From Pyrodictium abyssi (GTDB lineage Archaea; Thermoproteota; Thermoprotei_A; Sulfolobales; Pyrodictiaceae), in assembly GCF_036323395.1 (NCBI RefSeq), contig NZ_AP028907.1, forward strand, positions 750,001 to 782,000: a stretch of DNA of 32,000 bases, in the 5' to 3' direction. Both the position numbers and the translations under genes were made by a program. The notes below the pieces were generated by a model. That model was given only the letters and a program-made list of their open reading frames with translations, had not been told where the DNA came from and made no database searches. Each line of letters begins with the position of its first letter. Positions within the stretch are counted from its first letter, which is position 1. Shown piece by piece: positions 8,548-16,083 of this stretch.

Positions 8548-10323
8548 ATGCGCTTCCCGGTGCTAGCCGTCGCTGTGTTCCTGGCACTATCGCTGGCCAC
8601 GGCAGCCCAGGCAGCCGAGATAGAGCCCTTGAAGGTGCTGTACGACAACAAGCTGGACAGGAGCGTAGTTGTCGTGGTCTACGCTAACCGGCAGTACGGC
8701 ACCGGCTGGTGGGTCAACGAGCACTACATCGTAACCGCCGCCCACGTAACAGACTACCAGGCCAATGTCCCGGTAACCATCCTCCACGGCGACTACGAGA
8801 GCAGCGGCTACGTGGTGGGGGTGGACAAGGAGCACGACATCGAGGTCATATACGTGGAGCGGCCAATGGCCAATGCAACAATCTTGCCATTGTGTGAACG
8901 TGTGGCCAAGGGCGAAGAAGTGCTGGTCATAGGGTACCCGTTCGAGCTGCTGCAGATACTAGGCGATCTGAGGGCTGCGAGCGCAAACCCGCGCGCGGCG
9001 TACGGCACGATAGCGTGGACCGGCACAGGCGAGAAGTGGTACCTCAGCGAGGTCCAGGCGACGACGGACGAGGGGAACTCTGGCGGGCCGGCAGTAGATC
9101 TCGACACGCACTGCAGCCTAGGGGCCATCACCTTCGCATTGAAGGGCGAGGCCGGCGTCCTATACTATATAACTAATGTATACAGCGTCCGCCGGCTCCT
9201 CGACAAGTACAACGTAACGTACACGGTCAAGCAGAACATGAAGCTGACGGACAGCGACGACTGGCCGTGGAACCAGCACGCCGACTCCAGCAGCCCTAGC
9301 ATCGACAGCGAGAAGCAGCTCTACGCGCTCGGCGGAGCAGCGCTGGCCGCCTCGATAATGGCGGTGCTGCTCGTAGCCTCCGGCCGCGGCCGGAGGGCGG
9401 CAGTTGTCGTCCTGGCCCTAGGCGTGGTTGCGCTAGCGCTGCCGGCCGCGCACGCTGATAGCGGCAATGTGAGCATAGCGGTGATTCCGCTCGCTGTGCG
9501 CGACTCCGGCTACGACCTCGTCCAGTGCCAGCACGTCAAGGTGTCTGTGAAGGCGAAGTACTATGATGGGCCGTTGTTCGGCTTGTTCCAGCCCGCCGAG
9601 GTCCACATAGGCCCCCTCACAGCGAGGATCGACACAGGGAACGCGTACCTGGGGCTCGCCGACCGGGTCTACGCGGTCGTCGAGCTGGACGGCGAGAAGG
9701 TGGCAGAGAAAGAGCTGACAAAGATATGGATAGGTGGGGGCAGCTACGACTTCGGCCTGGTCGTGGACTGCAGCTGGAGCGACGAGCTAAGCTGCAGCGT
9801 CTCGACGGATAAGGGTCTGGTCTGGAGCGGCACCATAAAGCCCAGCCCCTACGGCTACTACGACATATTCTGGGACTACGCAGACGAGCCCACCATAGAC
9901 AGCGAATGGATATGCGACACTGCTACCACCACAGTCACAGGTATAGAGCCAGCACCCGACCGGCCCACCAACCAAGACAACTACAAGAACCAGAACAACG
10001 AGGACGGTCTAGAGAAGTACATGCTCTACGGTGTTGGCGGGCTAGCAGCACTGAGCCTCCTCCTGGCCGCGGCCCGGGGCGGCAGCGTTGTCGTGGTAAG
10101 CGGTGGTGGCAAGAGAGGCATGGTGCAGCTCCTAGGCGTCATAGTGTTGGCCGCGGCCCTGGGAGGAGCCGCACTGGCGTGGAAGCTGCGAGGGCTCTTC
10201 GACGGCGGGGGCTCGGGCGACTCTAGCCTGTTGTTGGCTGGGATCGGGATCCTCGTGGCCATTGTTTTCCTCATGCTCCTGCTCGGTAGGAGATCACAGG
10301 TCATAGTAGTTGAGGGGAGGTGA
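8548..10323 (+). CDS. membrane-anchored trypsin-like (chymotrypsin-fold) serine protease fused to further anchored modules
   Basis: 591-aa track ORF with signal peptide VLAVAVFLALSLATAAQA. The catalytic-triad motifs are in canonical order: YIVTAAHV (His), HDIEVIYV (Asp), GNSGGP (Ser). The internal junction is EKQLYALGGAALAASIMAVLLVASGRGRR-AAVVVLALGVVALALPAAHA-DSGN. A third anchor is LEKYMLYGVGGLAALSLLLAAARGG. Confidence 0.8.
   Translation: MRFPVLAVAVFLALSLATAAQAAEIEPLKVLYDNKLDRSVVVVVYANRQYGTGWWVNEHYIVTAAHVTDYQANVPVTILHGDYESSGYVVGVDKEHDIEVIYVERPMANATILPLCERVAKGEEVLVIGYPFELLQILGDLRAASANPRAAYGTIAWTGTGEKWYLSEVQATTDEGNSGGPAVDLDTHCSLGAITFALKGEAGVLYYITNVYSVRRLLDKYNVTYTVKQNMKLTDSDDWPWNQHADSSSPSIDSEKQLYALGGAALAASIMAVLLVASGRGRRAAVVVLALGVVALALPAAHADSGNVSIAVIPLAVRDSGYDLVQCQHVKVSVKAKYYDGPLFGLFQPAEVHIGPLTARIDTGNAYLGLADRVYAVVELDGEKVAEKELTKIWIGGGSYDFGLVVDCSWSDELSCSVSTDKGLVWSGTIKPSPYGYYDIFWDYADEPTIDSEWICDTATTTVTGIEPAPDRPTNQDNYKNQNNEDGLEKYMLYGVGGLAALSLLLAAARGGSVVVVSGGGKRGMVQLLGVIVLAAALGGAALAWKLRGLFDGGGSGDSSLLLAGIGILVAIVFLMLLLGRRSQVIVVEGR
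9377..9396. repeat. 20-bp perfect palindrome CCTCCGGCCGCGGCCGGAGG at the module junction of the protease ORF
   Basis: Read directly from the sequence. It encodes SGRGRR. Confidence 0.9.
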
Positions 10324-10327
10324 GAGC

Positions 10328-10942
10328 ATGGAGCCCATGAGCCTGCTCGCGTACACGGGGAGCTTCGCGGCCCTGGCCGGGGGCATAGCGATAGTGTACT
10401 CCGTGCTCCGGGACCGGGGCTCCAGGCGGGAGCAGATGCTGCGCGAGCACCTGGCAGCCCTAGCCGGCAAGCTGGAGAAGTGCGAGCTGGAGAAGGAGAA
10501 GCAGGCGAGCGTCATAGCGGACCTGGAGCTTGAGAGGAAGAAGCTAGAGGCGCGGCTAGAGGAGGAGAGGAGGAGGCTACAGGCGGAGAAGGAGAAGGCT
10601 CTAGCTGAGCTGGAGCGAAGGCTGCGCCTAGAGTTCGCCAAGGAGCGCTCGAGGCTCCTCGAGGACTGCGAGAAGAGAGTAGAGCAGGTTGCGAGAGTGT
10701 CGAGATCAGCCGCTACACTCTTCGAGGCGGTGAAGAGCGGGAAGATAAGACTAGTCGCGGCAGAGAAGACGTGTGAGGGCATAATCATAGAGCCGGAGAG
10801 GATACTATGCAAGAGGAGCGACGGAACCCTGGAGGCAATATGGCCCGAAGAGTACAGCGTGGGAGAAGCGCTGGTGGTCGAGCCCTCCAGCCAGGCCTCG
10901 GGCCGCGGCCAGGCTAGGAAGTCCAAGGAGCAGGAGCAGTAA
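10328..10942 (+). CDS. N-terminally anchored coiled-coil protein
   Basis: Start set at the ATG following the GGTGAGAGCATG junction (the track TTG at 10310 is less likely). The TM helix is LLAYTGSFAALAGGIAIVYSVL. E/K/R/L heptad-like sequence follows (LEKCELEKEKQASVIADLELERKKLEARLEEERRRLQAEKEK). Confidence 0.6.
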   Translation: MEPMSLLAYTGSFAALAGGIAIVYSVLRDRGSRREQMLREHLAALAGKLEKCELEKEKQASVIADLELERKKLEARLEEERRRLQAEKEKALAELERRLRLEFAKERSRLLEDCEKRVEQVARVSRSAATLFEAVKSGKIRLVAAEKTCEGIIIEPERILCKRSDGTLEAIWPEEYSVGEALVVEPSSQASGRGQARKSKEQEQ

Positions 10943-10953
10943 GGGGAGGAGCG

Positions 10954-12153
10954 GTGGGCAGCGTCTACGACCTTTTCTTCATAGTCGAGGGCTTCTTTGT
11001 CGGCTTTATGGCGTTCTACTTCCTGGCGCGCCGGAACCCGGCGTATCTGCAGACGCTGCGGGATCATCTACGGTTCTTCCTTAGCCCCTATGGGCCGGAG
11101 ACGATGGTCGTTATCAAGCAGCTGGACAACACTGTGCGGATAGTCTACGACCCCAGGGTCTACAAGAGCAGGAACGGCGTGATAATAGAGGCTGATGACG
11201 CGCTGTTCTCCGCGAGGATGGATCCCCGGGACGGGATGCTGGTGGGGCTGGCCGACGCCCGGGGCCCTGTGGGGGTGCCGAGCCCGTATGGCTATGTGTG
11301 GAGGCTGCTGGTGGGCTGGACGCTGATCTGGGTCTTCGGCTGGATAGCGCTGGTAAACACGTTCATAGACTCGCTGCTGAAGGGCCAGACCCCGGGGCCG
11401 GTGGACTGGCTGGCGCTGCTGGCCTTCATCCTGCTGGTGTACACGCTGCTCGGCCAGGTGGTCCCGAAGCTCTACACGCCGACGATACGGCTGGCCGGCT
11501 ACGTAGAGAACGGCTACGACCCACCGTACCGTAAGCTCGCATCCAGCTGCAGCCCCTGGGACCCGACAAGCGTAGACGAGTGCGCGGAGGAGTACGGCGG
11601 CCAGATGATAGTAAAGGTTCCAGAGAGCGCGGTCGAGTACCTCGACGAGCTCAAGAAGGAGCACGGCACGTACACGCTGGCCGCGGCGATACTAGCGAGG
11701 CTCGACGAGGGCGTAAGACTGCGCAAGACCGTCTCGGAGCTAAAGAGGAGAATGTACGAGCAGACCGAGGCCGCGAAGAGCCTAGTAAGGATAGAGGGAT
11801 GGAGGTACTTCACCAGGCTCACGCTGCCCAAGGTGCTGTTCTGGCTGCTGCTGGTGGGGATCGGCTTCGGTCTAGGATACCTGTTCGGCAGCGACTGGGC
11901 GCTGAGCAGCCAGCCGCCGGCGTGGTACATGGCGGCTAACTCTACCGCCCAGGCCGCGGCCCAGCAGCAGGTCTACGTGCCCGTGAGCCCGGCGCAGCCC
12001 CCGACGCCGCCCACTGCCGGCCAGCCGCCTGTGCAGCCGGCCCAGCCACCCCCGCCGCCGTCCACGGTGACGGTCACGATCACTCCCGCTAAGCCCCCGA
12101 GCCCGCCGGCCACCGGCAACACGACGGTACAGCCAGCCGCGGCCCAGGGGTGA
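10954..12153 (+). CDS. polytopic membrane protein with Pro-rich C-terminal tail
   Basis: 399-aa track ORF with a GTG start after GGGGAGGAG. It has several hydrophobic helices. The tail is PAQPPTPPTAGQPPVQPAQPPPPPSTVTVTITPAKPPSPP. Confidence 0.6.
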   Translation: MGSVYDLFFIVEGFFVGFMAFYFLARRNPAYLQTLRDHLRFFLSPYGPETMVVIKQLDNTVRIVYDPRVYKSRNGVIIEADDALFSARMDPRDGMLVGLADARGPVGVPSPYGYVWRLLVGWTLIWVFGWIALVNTFIDSLLKGQTPGPVDWLALLAFILLVYTLLGQVVPKLYTPTIRLAGYVENGYDPPYRKLASSCSPWDPTSVDECAEEYGGQMIVKVPESAVEYLDELKKEHGTYTLAAAILARLDEGVRLRKTVSELKRRMYEQTEAAKSLVRIEGWRYFTRLTLPKVLFWLLLVGIGFGLGYLFGSDWALSSQPPAWYMAANSTAQAAAQQQVYVPVSPAQPPTPPTAGQPPVQPAQPPPPPSTVTVTITPAKPPSPPATGNTTVQPAAAQG

Positions 12154-12157
12154 GAGC

Positions 12158-12400
12158 ATGAGCCTAGCGGGCCTGAAGAGGATGGCGATAGTGGGCGGCG
12201 TCATACTGCTGCTCTTCGTGCACATGTTAATGGTGGTGGAGAACGCGATGATACTAGCGCTGCTGGACAGGCACGACTGGCTGGCGCTCGTAGAGATGGT
12301 GGCCCTGGCCCCGACGATAGCCATCTACATCGTGCTGCTCTACGAGGTGCTGCGAGACAAGGAGGAGAGGCGGCCGAAACTAACCCGTGTAGAATCCTAG
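12158..12400 (+). CDS. small membrane protein
   Basis: 80 aa with two hydrophobic helices. The start is in a GGTGAGAGCATG junction. Confidence 0.5.
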   Translation: MSLAGLKRMAIVGGVILLLFVHMLMVVENAMILALLDRHDWLALVEMVALAPTIAIYIVLLYEVLRDKEERRPKLTRVES

Positions 12401-12463
12401 ACGCCTATACCCTGCGCACATTTCTTGCATAAACACTTTCCGAAAGTAAACAAACGGGGTGGG

Positions 12464-12778
12464 ATGGGCTTGAGAGAGTACTGGAGGAAGGTGGAGGGGA
12501 TAAGCCCCATACAGCTTCTCCTAATAACAGTTATAGGCGGTCTAGTAGGCCTAGCCCTAGGCATTATTGTCGGTACGCTCCTGTTCGCACCGGAGGAGCA
12601 GTCTCAGCCGCACCCCCTAGCGTCGGATGCTGTGCCACCGAGCCCGGAGCTGCTAGCCACCGTGACTCCCGCTAAGATGCCGCCGCCCATTCCAAGGTAC
12701 ATCTGTCTCGGCTTCGGCAACGGGACGACGGTCTGCTACGTGGAGGGCCCCGGGATAATCCCCAACATTACGGGGTGA
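12464..12778 (+). CDS. small membrane protein (single TM, Pro-rich ectodomain)
   Basis: ATG at 12464 is preceded by GGGGTGGG; the track alternative start at 12425 is less likely. The TM helix is LLLITVIGGLVGLALGIIVGTLLF. TVTPAKMPPP echoes the TITPAKPPSPP of the previous large ORF. Confidence 0.5.
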   Translation: MGLREYWRKVEGISPIQLLLITVIGGLVGLALGIIVGTLLFAPEEQSQPHPLASDAVPPSPELLATVTPAKMPPPIPRYICLGFGNGTTVCYVEGPGIIPNITG

Positions 12779-12782
12779 GAGC

Positions 12783-12992
12783 ATGGGCAGGGACCACGCT
12801 GCGCTGGCTGGCCTAGGGGCAGCCATGGTAAGCGCTGCTACTATTATACAGATGTACATAGACTACCAGCAGTCGAACGCCGCCGGCCTGGAGAACGTGA
12901 GCCTCAAGCTGAAGATCCTGGTAACAGTCGCCTTCCTTCTCACCTTCACGGGCTTTGTCCTGGGCCTATCGGCGTCGGCGAGGAGGCGGTGA
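12783..12992 (+). CDS. small membrane protein
   Basis: 69 aa with two hydrophobic helices and a C-terminal RRR. The start is in a GGTGAGAGCATG junction. Confidence 0.5.
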   Translation: MGRDHAALAGLGAAMVSAATIIQMYIDYQQSNAAGLENVSLKLKILVTVAFLLTFTGFVLGLSASARRR

Positions 12993-12995
12993 GGG

Positions 12996-13439
12996 GTGGC
13001 GTGCAGGGTGCTTATAGATACTAGCCTGGCATGGGTGATGGCCAGGGGTCCCTCGTACCTGGCTGAAGCTCTTAGGGCGTTCTTTAGGAAGCTAGGGTCC
13101 AACGGGTGTAGCATACTCTACAGTGAGGCTGTCTATATAGACCTGCGCCACGAGAGGAGGGAGAAGAGAGAACAGATACTGTCGCAGCTCCGCTCCCTCG
13201 CCCAGCAGGCCCCAGTGGACATGAAGCTGTTGCTGATGCGGGTAGGCCGCTACGGGGCCACTGTGCGGAAGCTAGGCCTAGCCGACGTCCTAATAGCCCT
13301 CGCAGCGAGGGAGGTGGGCGCGGTGCTCGCAACCGGGGACTGGGGACAGGCCAGGTTCTACATCAACATAGCAGGTGCCGACCGGCCGCCAGTAATATAC
13401 ATCCCCGTGAAGCTGATAACAGAGGCGGAGAAGAGGTGA
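12996..13439 (+). CDS. PIN-domain protein (VapC-like nuclease)
   Basis: Acidic PIN positions are in order: VLIDTS, YSEAVYIDL, LADVLIALAAREVGAVLATGD. GTG start 3 nt after the upstream TGA. Confidence 0.55.
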   Translation: MACRVLIDTSLAWVMARGPSYLAEALRAFFRKLGSNGCSILYSEAVYIDLRHERREKREQILSQLRSLAQQAPVDMKLLLMRVGRYGATVRKLGLADVLIALAAREVGAVLATGDWGQARFYINIAGADRPPVIYIPVKLITEAEKR

Positions 13440-13445
13440 CCCCCT

Positions 13446-13646
13446 ATGCCGAGCGTCTGGCAGGAACTCGTGGCCCACGAGCTGCGGGAACGGAAGCTCA
13501 ACCTACGGCTCTTCGAGCTACTCCAGAAGGCCAGAGACCGGGAGAAAGCCGCCAAGATAATAGAGGACTACGCCTACGGGCGGATAAGCTACCGAGAAGC
13601 ACTGAGAAGGCTCAAAGCCCTAGCCGGAGACGGGGAGAGGGGGTAG
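13446..13646 (+). CDS. hypothetical small helical protein (possible partner of the PIN protein)
   Basis: 66-aa track ORF with its ATG 6 nt after the PIN stop. YAYGRISYREALRRL is faintly reminiscent of archaeal UPF0175-type antitoxins. This is a weak call. Confidence 0.4.
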   Translation: MPSVWQELVAHELRERKLNLRLFELLQKARDREKAAKIIEDYAYGRISYREALRRLKALAGDGERG

Positions 13647-13941
13647 GCCCTGCAGGCCGCGGCCTGGAGCTGGCTCCCCTGGGCTGTTTTCTCGCTGGGG
13701 ATGTTCCTGGTCTGGTCGATCGTCTTCTGGAAGACTGGCTCCTTCAGAAAGTCCACGATAGCGGCGCTGGTAACCGGGAAGTCCTTCGCCGTGGTATACA
13801 AACTAGCGGGCCTGGATAGAGTGGTATATACATTATATATTATACATAGGAGGACCGGCCTCGTCAAAGAGATACACGTTACTATGGTCGAGGTGCTGCT
13901 GCTCAGCTTCCTTGCGAGCCTCCTCGTCGCGTTGTATTGGC

Positions 13942-14160
13942 CTATCCTTTCGAGGTATGCTCCCCGTGAGCTGAGGAGCGCGATGGAGCCGGGATGACGA
14001 GGCCGGCGGCCACCACGAGGTTGTAGTTCTTACGGATCCCGCCCATTACCTGCGGCTTCTCTATATCCGCTAGCACTATGACCTGGAGTACACGGTTCCG
14101 GCCCGCCTTCCGGAGGAAGCGTATCGCCTCCTTCACGTCGGTGAAGAGGAGTATCTCCAC
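13942..14160 (-). CDS. hypothetical protein
   Basis: 72-aa track ORF at the distal end of the leftward gene block. No motif recognised. Confidence 0.3.
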   Translation of the reverse strand: MEILLFTDVKEAIRFLRKAGRNRVLQVIVLADIEKPQVMGGIRKNYNLVVAAGLVIPAPSRSSAHGEHTSKG

Positions 14161-14293
14161 CCTCTACGCCCCCTCTACTCCTGTGGGGAGGTATGCTTTC
14201 TTATGGTCTAGGCTCCACAGGAAGCAGGAGAAATGAAAGGATTAGTTTCGGGCTGGTCTCCTCTGGCTCCGGGCCGCGGCCCGCACCAGAGAG

Positions 14294-14461
14294 CTAGCCC
14301 CGAAGCACCCCCGCGGCCCACTCCCTCATCTCCTCAGCTATCCTCCGGGGGTCCTCCCCAGCCTCTAGACGTCTAGCCCAGAGCAGCAGCCTCAGCGTGA
14401 GCACAGCATAGGCATCGTAGTATCTCCTGCAGAGCCTCCTCCGGATCCTGTGGATCACCAT
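14294..14461 (-). CDS. hypothetical small protein (55 aa, below the track cutoff)
   Basis: Own translation gives MVIHRIRRRLCRRYYDAYAVLTLRLLLWARRLEAGEDPRRIAEEMREWAAGVLRG. A GGCCGCGGCC-centred imperfect hairpin follows 12 nt after the stop. Confidence 0.3.
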   Translation of the reverse strand: MVIHRIRRRLCRRYYDAYAVLTLRLLLWARRLEAGEDPRRIAEEMREWAAGVLRG

Positions 14462-14757
14462 GGCCTCTTAGCCTCACACCCTACTACTACACCATTACAG
14501 TACTCGGCCACAACCTCTGCTATCTCCGAGTTGTCCCCGATGTAGGCTCCCTGTGGTAGAGCCGCATCGGCTCGCCCCAGTAGAGAACCACCAGGATGTA
14601 GTCAGAGATGTCCAGCTCATCCTCCCAGCCCATCACTATCCTCCTCGCATTTCCCGATTGTCCGGCAGTACTCTAGGGGGTAGAGGAGGCCCATGCACAA
14701 CAGTCTTTAACCATCATAGCAGACCACTACCACATTCTCATCCATAGCATTCACCTC

Positions 14758-14961
14758 CTAGTCTTCCTCGAAGATGGCGTAGACGTGCTGGCGCAGAGCG
14801 TCGCCGTAGAGCACCCGGCGGCACCCCTCCTGGCAGTAGTACGTCGCCGTGACGTTGTCGTAGTCGCTGCCGTAGCGGCGATAGTAGCGCTCGGCGCAGT
14901 CCGCGACGCACCTCTCGACGAACACCCGCCACGGCGCAATAGGCCTAGCCATTGCGCTCAT
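14758..14961 (-). CDS. small Cys-rich protein
   Basis: 67 aa with the Cys pairs CVADC...CQEGC. It overlaps the upstream gene end, which indicates operon coupling. Confidence 0.5.
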   Translation of the reverse strand: MSAMARPIAPWRVFVERCVADCAERYYRRYGSDYDNVTATYYCQEGCRRVLYGDALRQHVYAIFEED

Positions 14962-15253
14962 CCTCCATGCATTCGTGGACTCTGCAGATCCTCTCCACGG
15001 TCTTCGCTATGGCTGCTAGGACTCCATGGAGCGCCTCCGCATCGTCTATCGTCGCCCGCAGGATGCGCATGTGTACCTCCCGCCCTCCCCAGTATGCCAC
15101 CATCTTCACGCCGTCCTCGATGACGATACCGTCGTACTCCCCGCCGTTGCTCAGCCTCAGCCTCGTCCTCGTGTAGCCGAGAGCCTCTAGCTCATCGACA
15201 CCAATGCCGTGCAATGACAGCGAGACCTCTATGACAGCCCTCACTCTAGCCAT
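14945..15253 (-). CDS. hypothetical protein
   Basis: 102-aa track ORF with balanced composition and overlapping start/stop with its neighbours. Confidence 0.5.
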   Translation of the reverse strand: MARVRAVIEVSLSLHGIGVDELEALGYTRTRLRLSNGGEYDGIVIEDGVKMVAYWGGREVHMRILRATIDDAEALHGVLAAIAKTVERICRVHECMEDERNG

Positions 15254-15584
15254 TGCTCTCGGCCTCTAGGGCTTCTCTGTTCATCTTCCGGATCCGGTCG
15301 AGCATCTTGACGGCGTGCTCTATGTACTCCAATAGCCTGTACTTGGGGGTCTTCCGGTCGACGAGGAGTAGCTGGATGACGTTGCCCAGCAGGTCGTCTG
15401 TGGCGCTTATGGTCCCGTAGAGCACCGCCAGCGTGTCCCGGTGGCCCCGTGGCAGCTCCTTGCAGTCTACTAGCCCCGCCGCCTCGAGCCTCGGCAGCAG
15501 CGCCTCGTCCCACAGCGGCGCAGCCACGACGACATGCCGCACGTACTCCCTATCCCAGCACCGCCAGAACCTCACCCCCTGCAT
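15246..15584 (-). CDS. hypothetical protein
   Basis: 112-aa track ORF in the same operon. Confidence 0.5.
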   Translation of the reverse strand: MQGVRFWRCWDREYVRHVVVAAPLWDEALLPRLEAAGLVDCKELPRGHRDTLAVLYGTISATDDLLGNVIQLLLVDRKTPKYRLLEYIEHAVKMLDRIRKMNREALEAESNG

Positions 15585-16069
15585 TTCTCGAGCACCTCCT
15601 CGAGGTTCGCTACCTCGTAGCAGCCTAGGCGGTGCCCGCTAGGGGTCTCCGGACACACGATGAGGCTGGCTCCGCGGCCCTCGAGCACCAGCCTGGTGAA
15701 CGCTGTCTCCGTGAACGGGTCCTCGGCCTCGGCGCGGCCACGCCTCAGCGCCTCGACCACGGCGCTGCACGGCGCGTAGACGGTGTCGTACATGCCCGGG
15801 AACTGGGGTAGCGGCTGGTACCGGAGCAGCACGAACCTATTGGTTGCCAGGTAGAGCCACACCCCGATCAGCTCGTAGACCCGCTCCCGCCTCTCCTCGG
15901 CCTCCCGCCTCCTGTAGCGCCGCCGCCTCCGCAGCCCGGCGATGATCTGCGTCACAATCCTCTTAGCCTCCTCCTCGGAGAGATAGAGGCGGACAACGAC
16001 GCCATTGACTTCCCAGAACCACAGCCTTACATCATCACCAGCAATACTAGCGTCAACAATCCTAGCCAA
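15572..16069 (-). CDS. hypothetical protein (C-terminal part of the 323-aa track ORF; start uncertain, TTG 16069 proposed)
   Basis: Only the part downstream of the stop at 16084 of the preceding gene has protein-like composition (ARIVDASIAGDDVRLWFWEVNGVVVRLYLSEEEAKRIV...). The upstream half is an R/A/P/G-rich alternative frame of the 16084-16557 gene. Confidence 0.45.
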   Translation of the reverse strand: MARIVDASIAGDDVRLWFWEVNGVVVRLYLSEEEAKRIVTQIIAGLRRRRRYRRREAEERRERVYELIGVWLYLATNRFVLLRYQPLPQFPGMYDTVYAPCSAVVEALRRGRAEAEDPFTETAFTRLVLEGRGASLIVCPETPSGHRLGCYEVANLEEVLEKCRG

Positions 16070-16083
16070 CCAACACCACCCCT

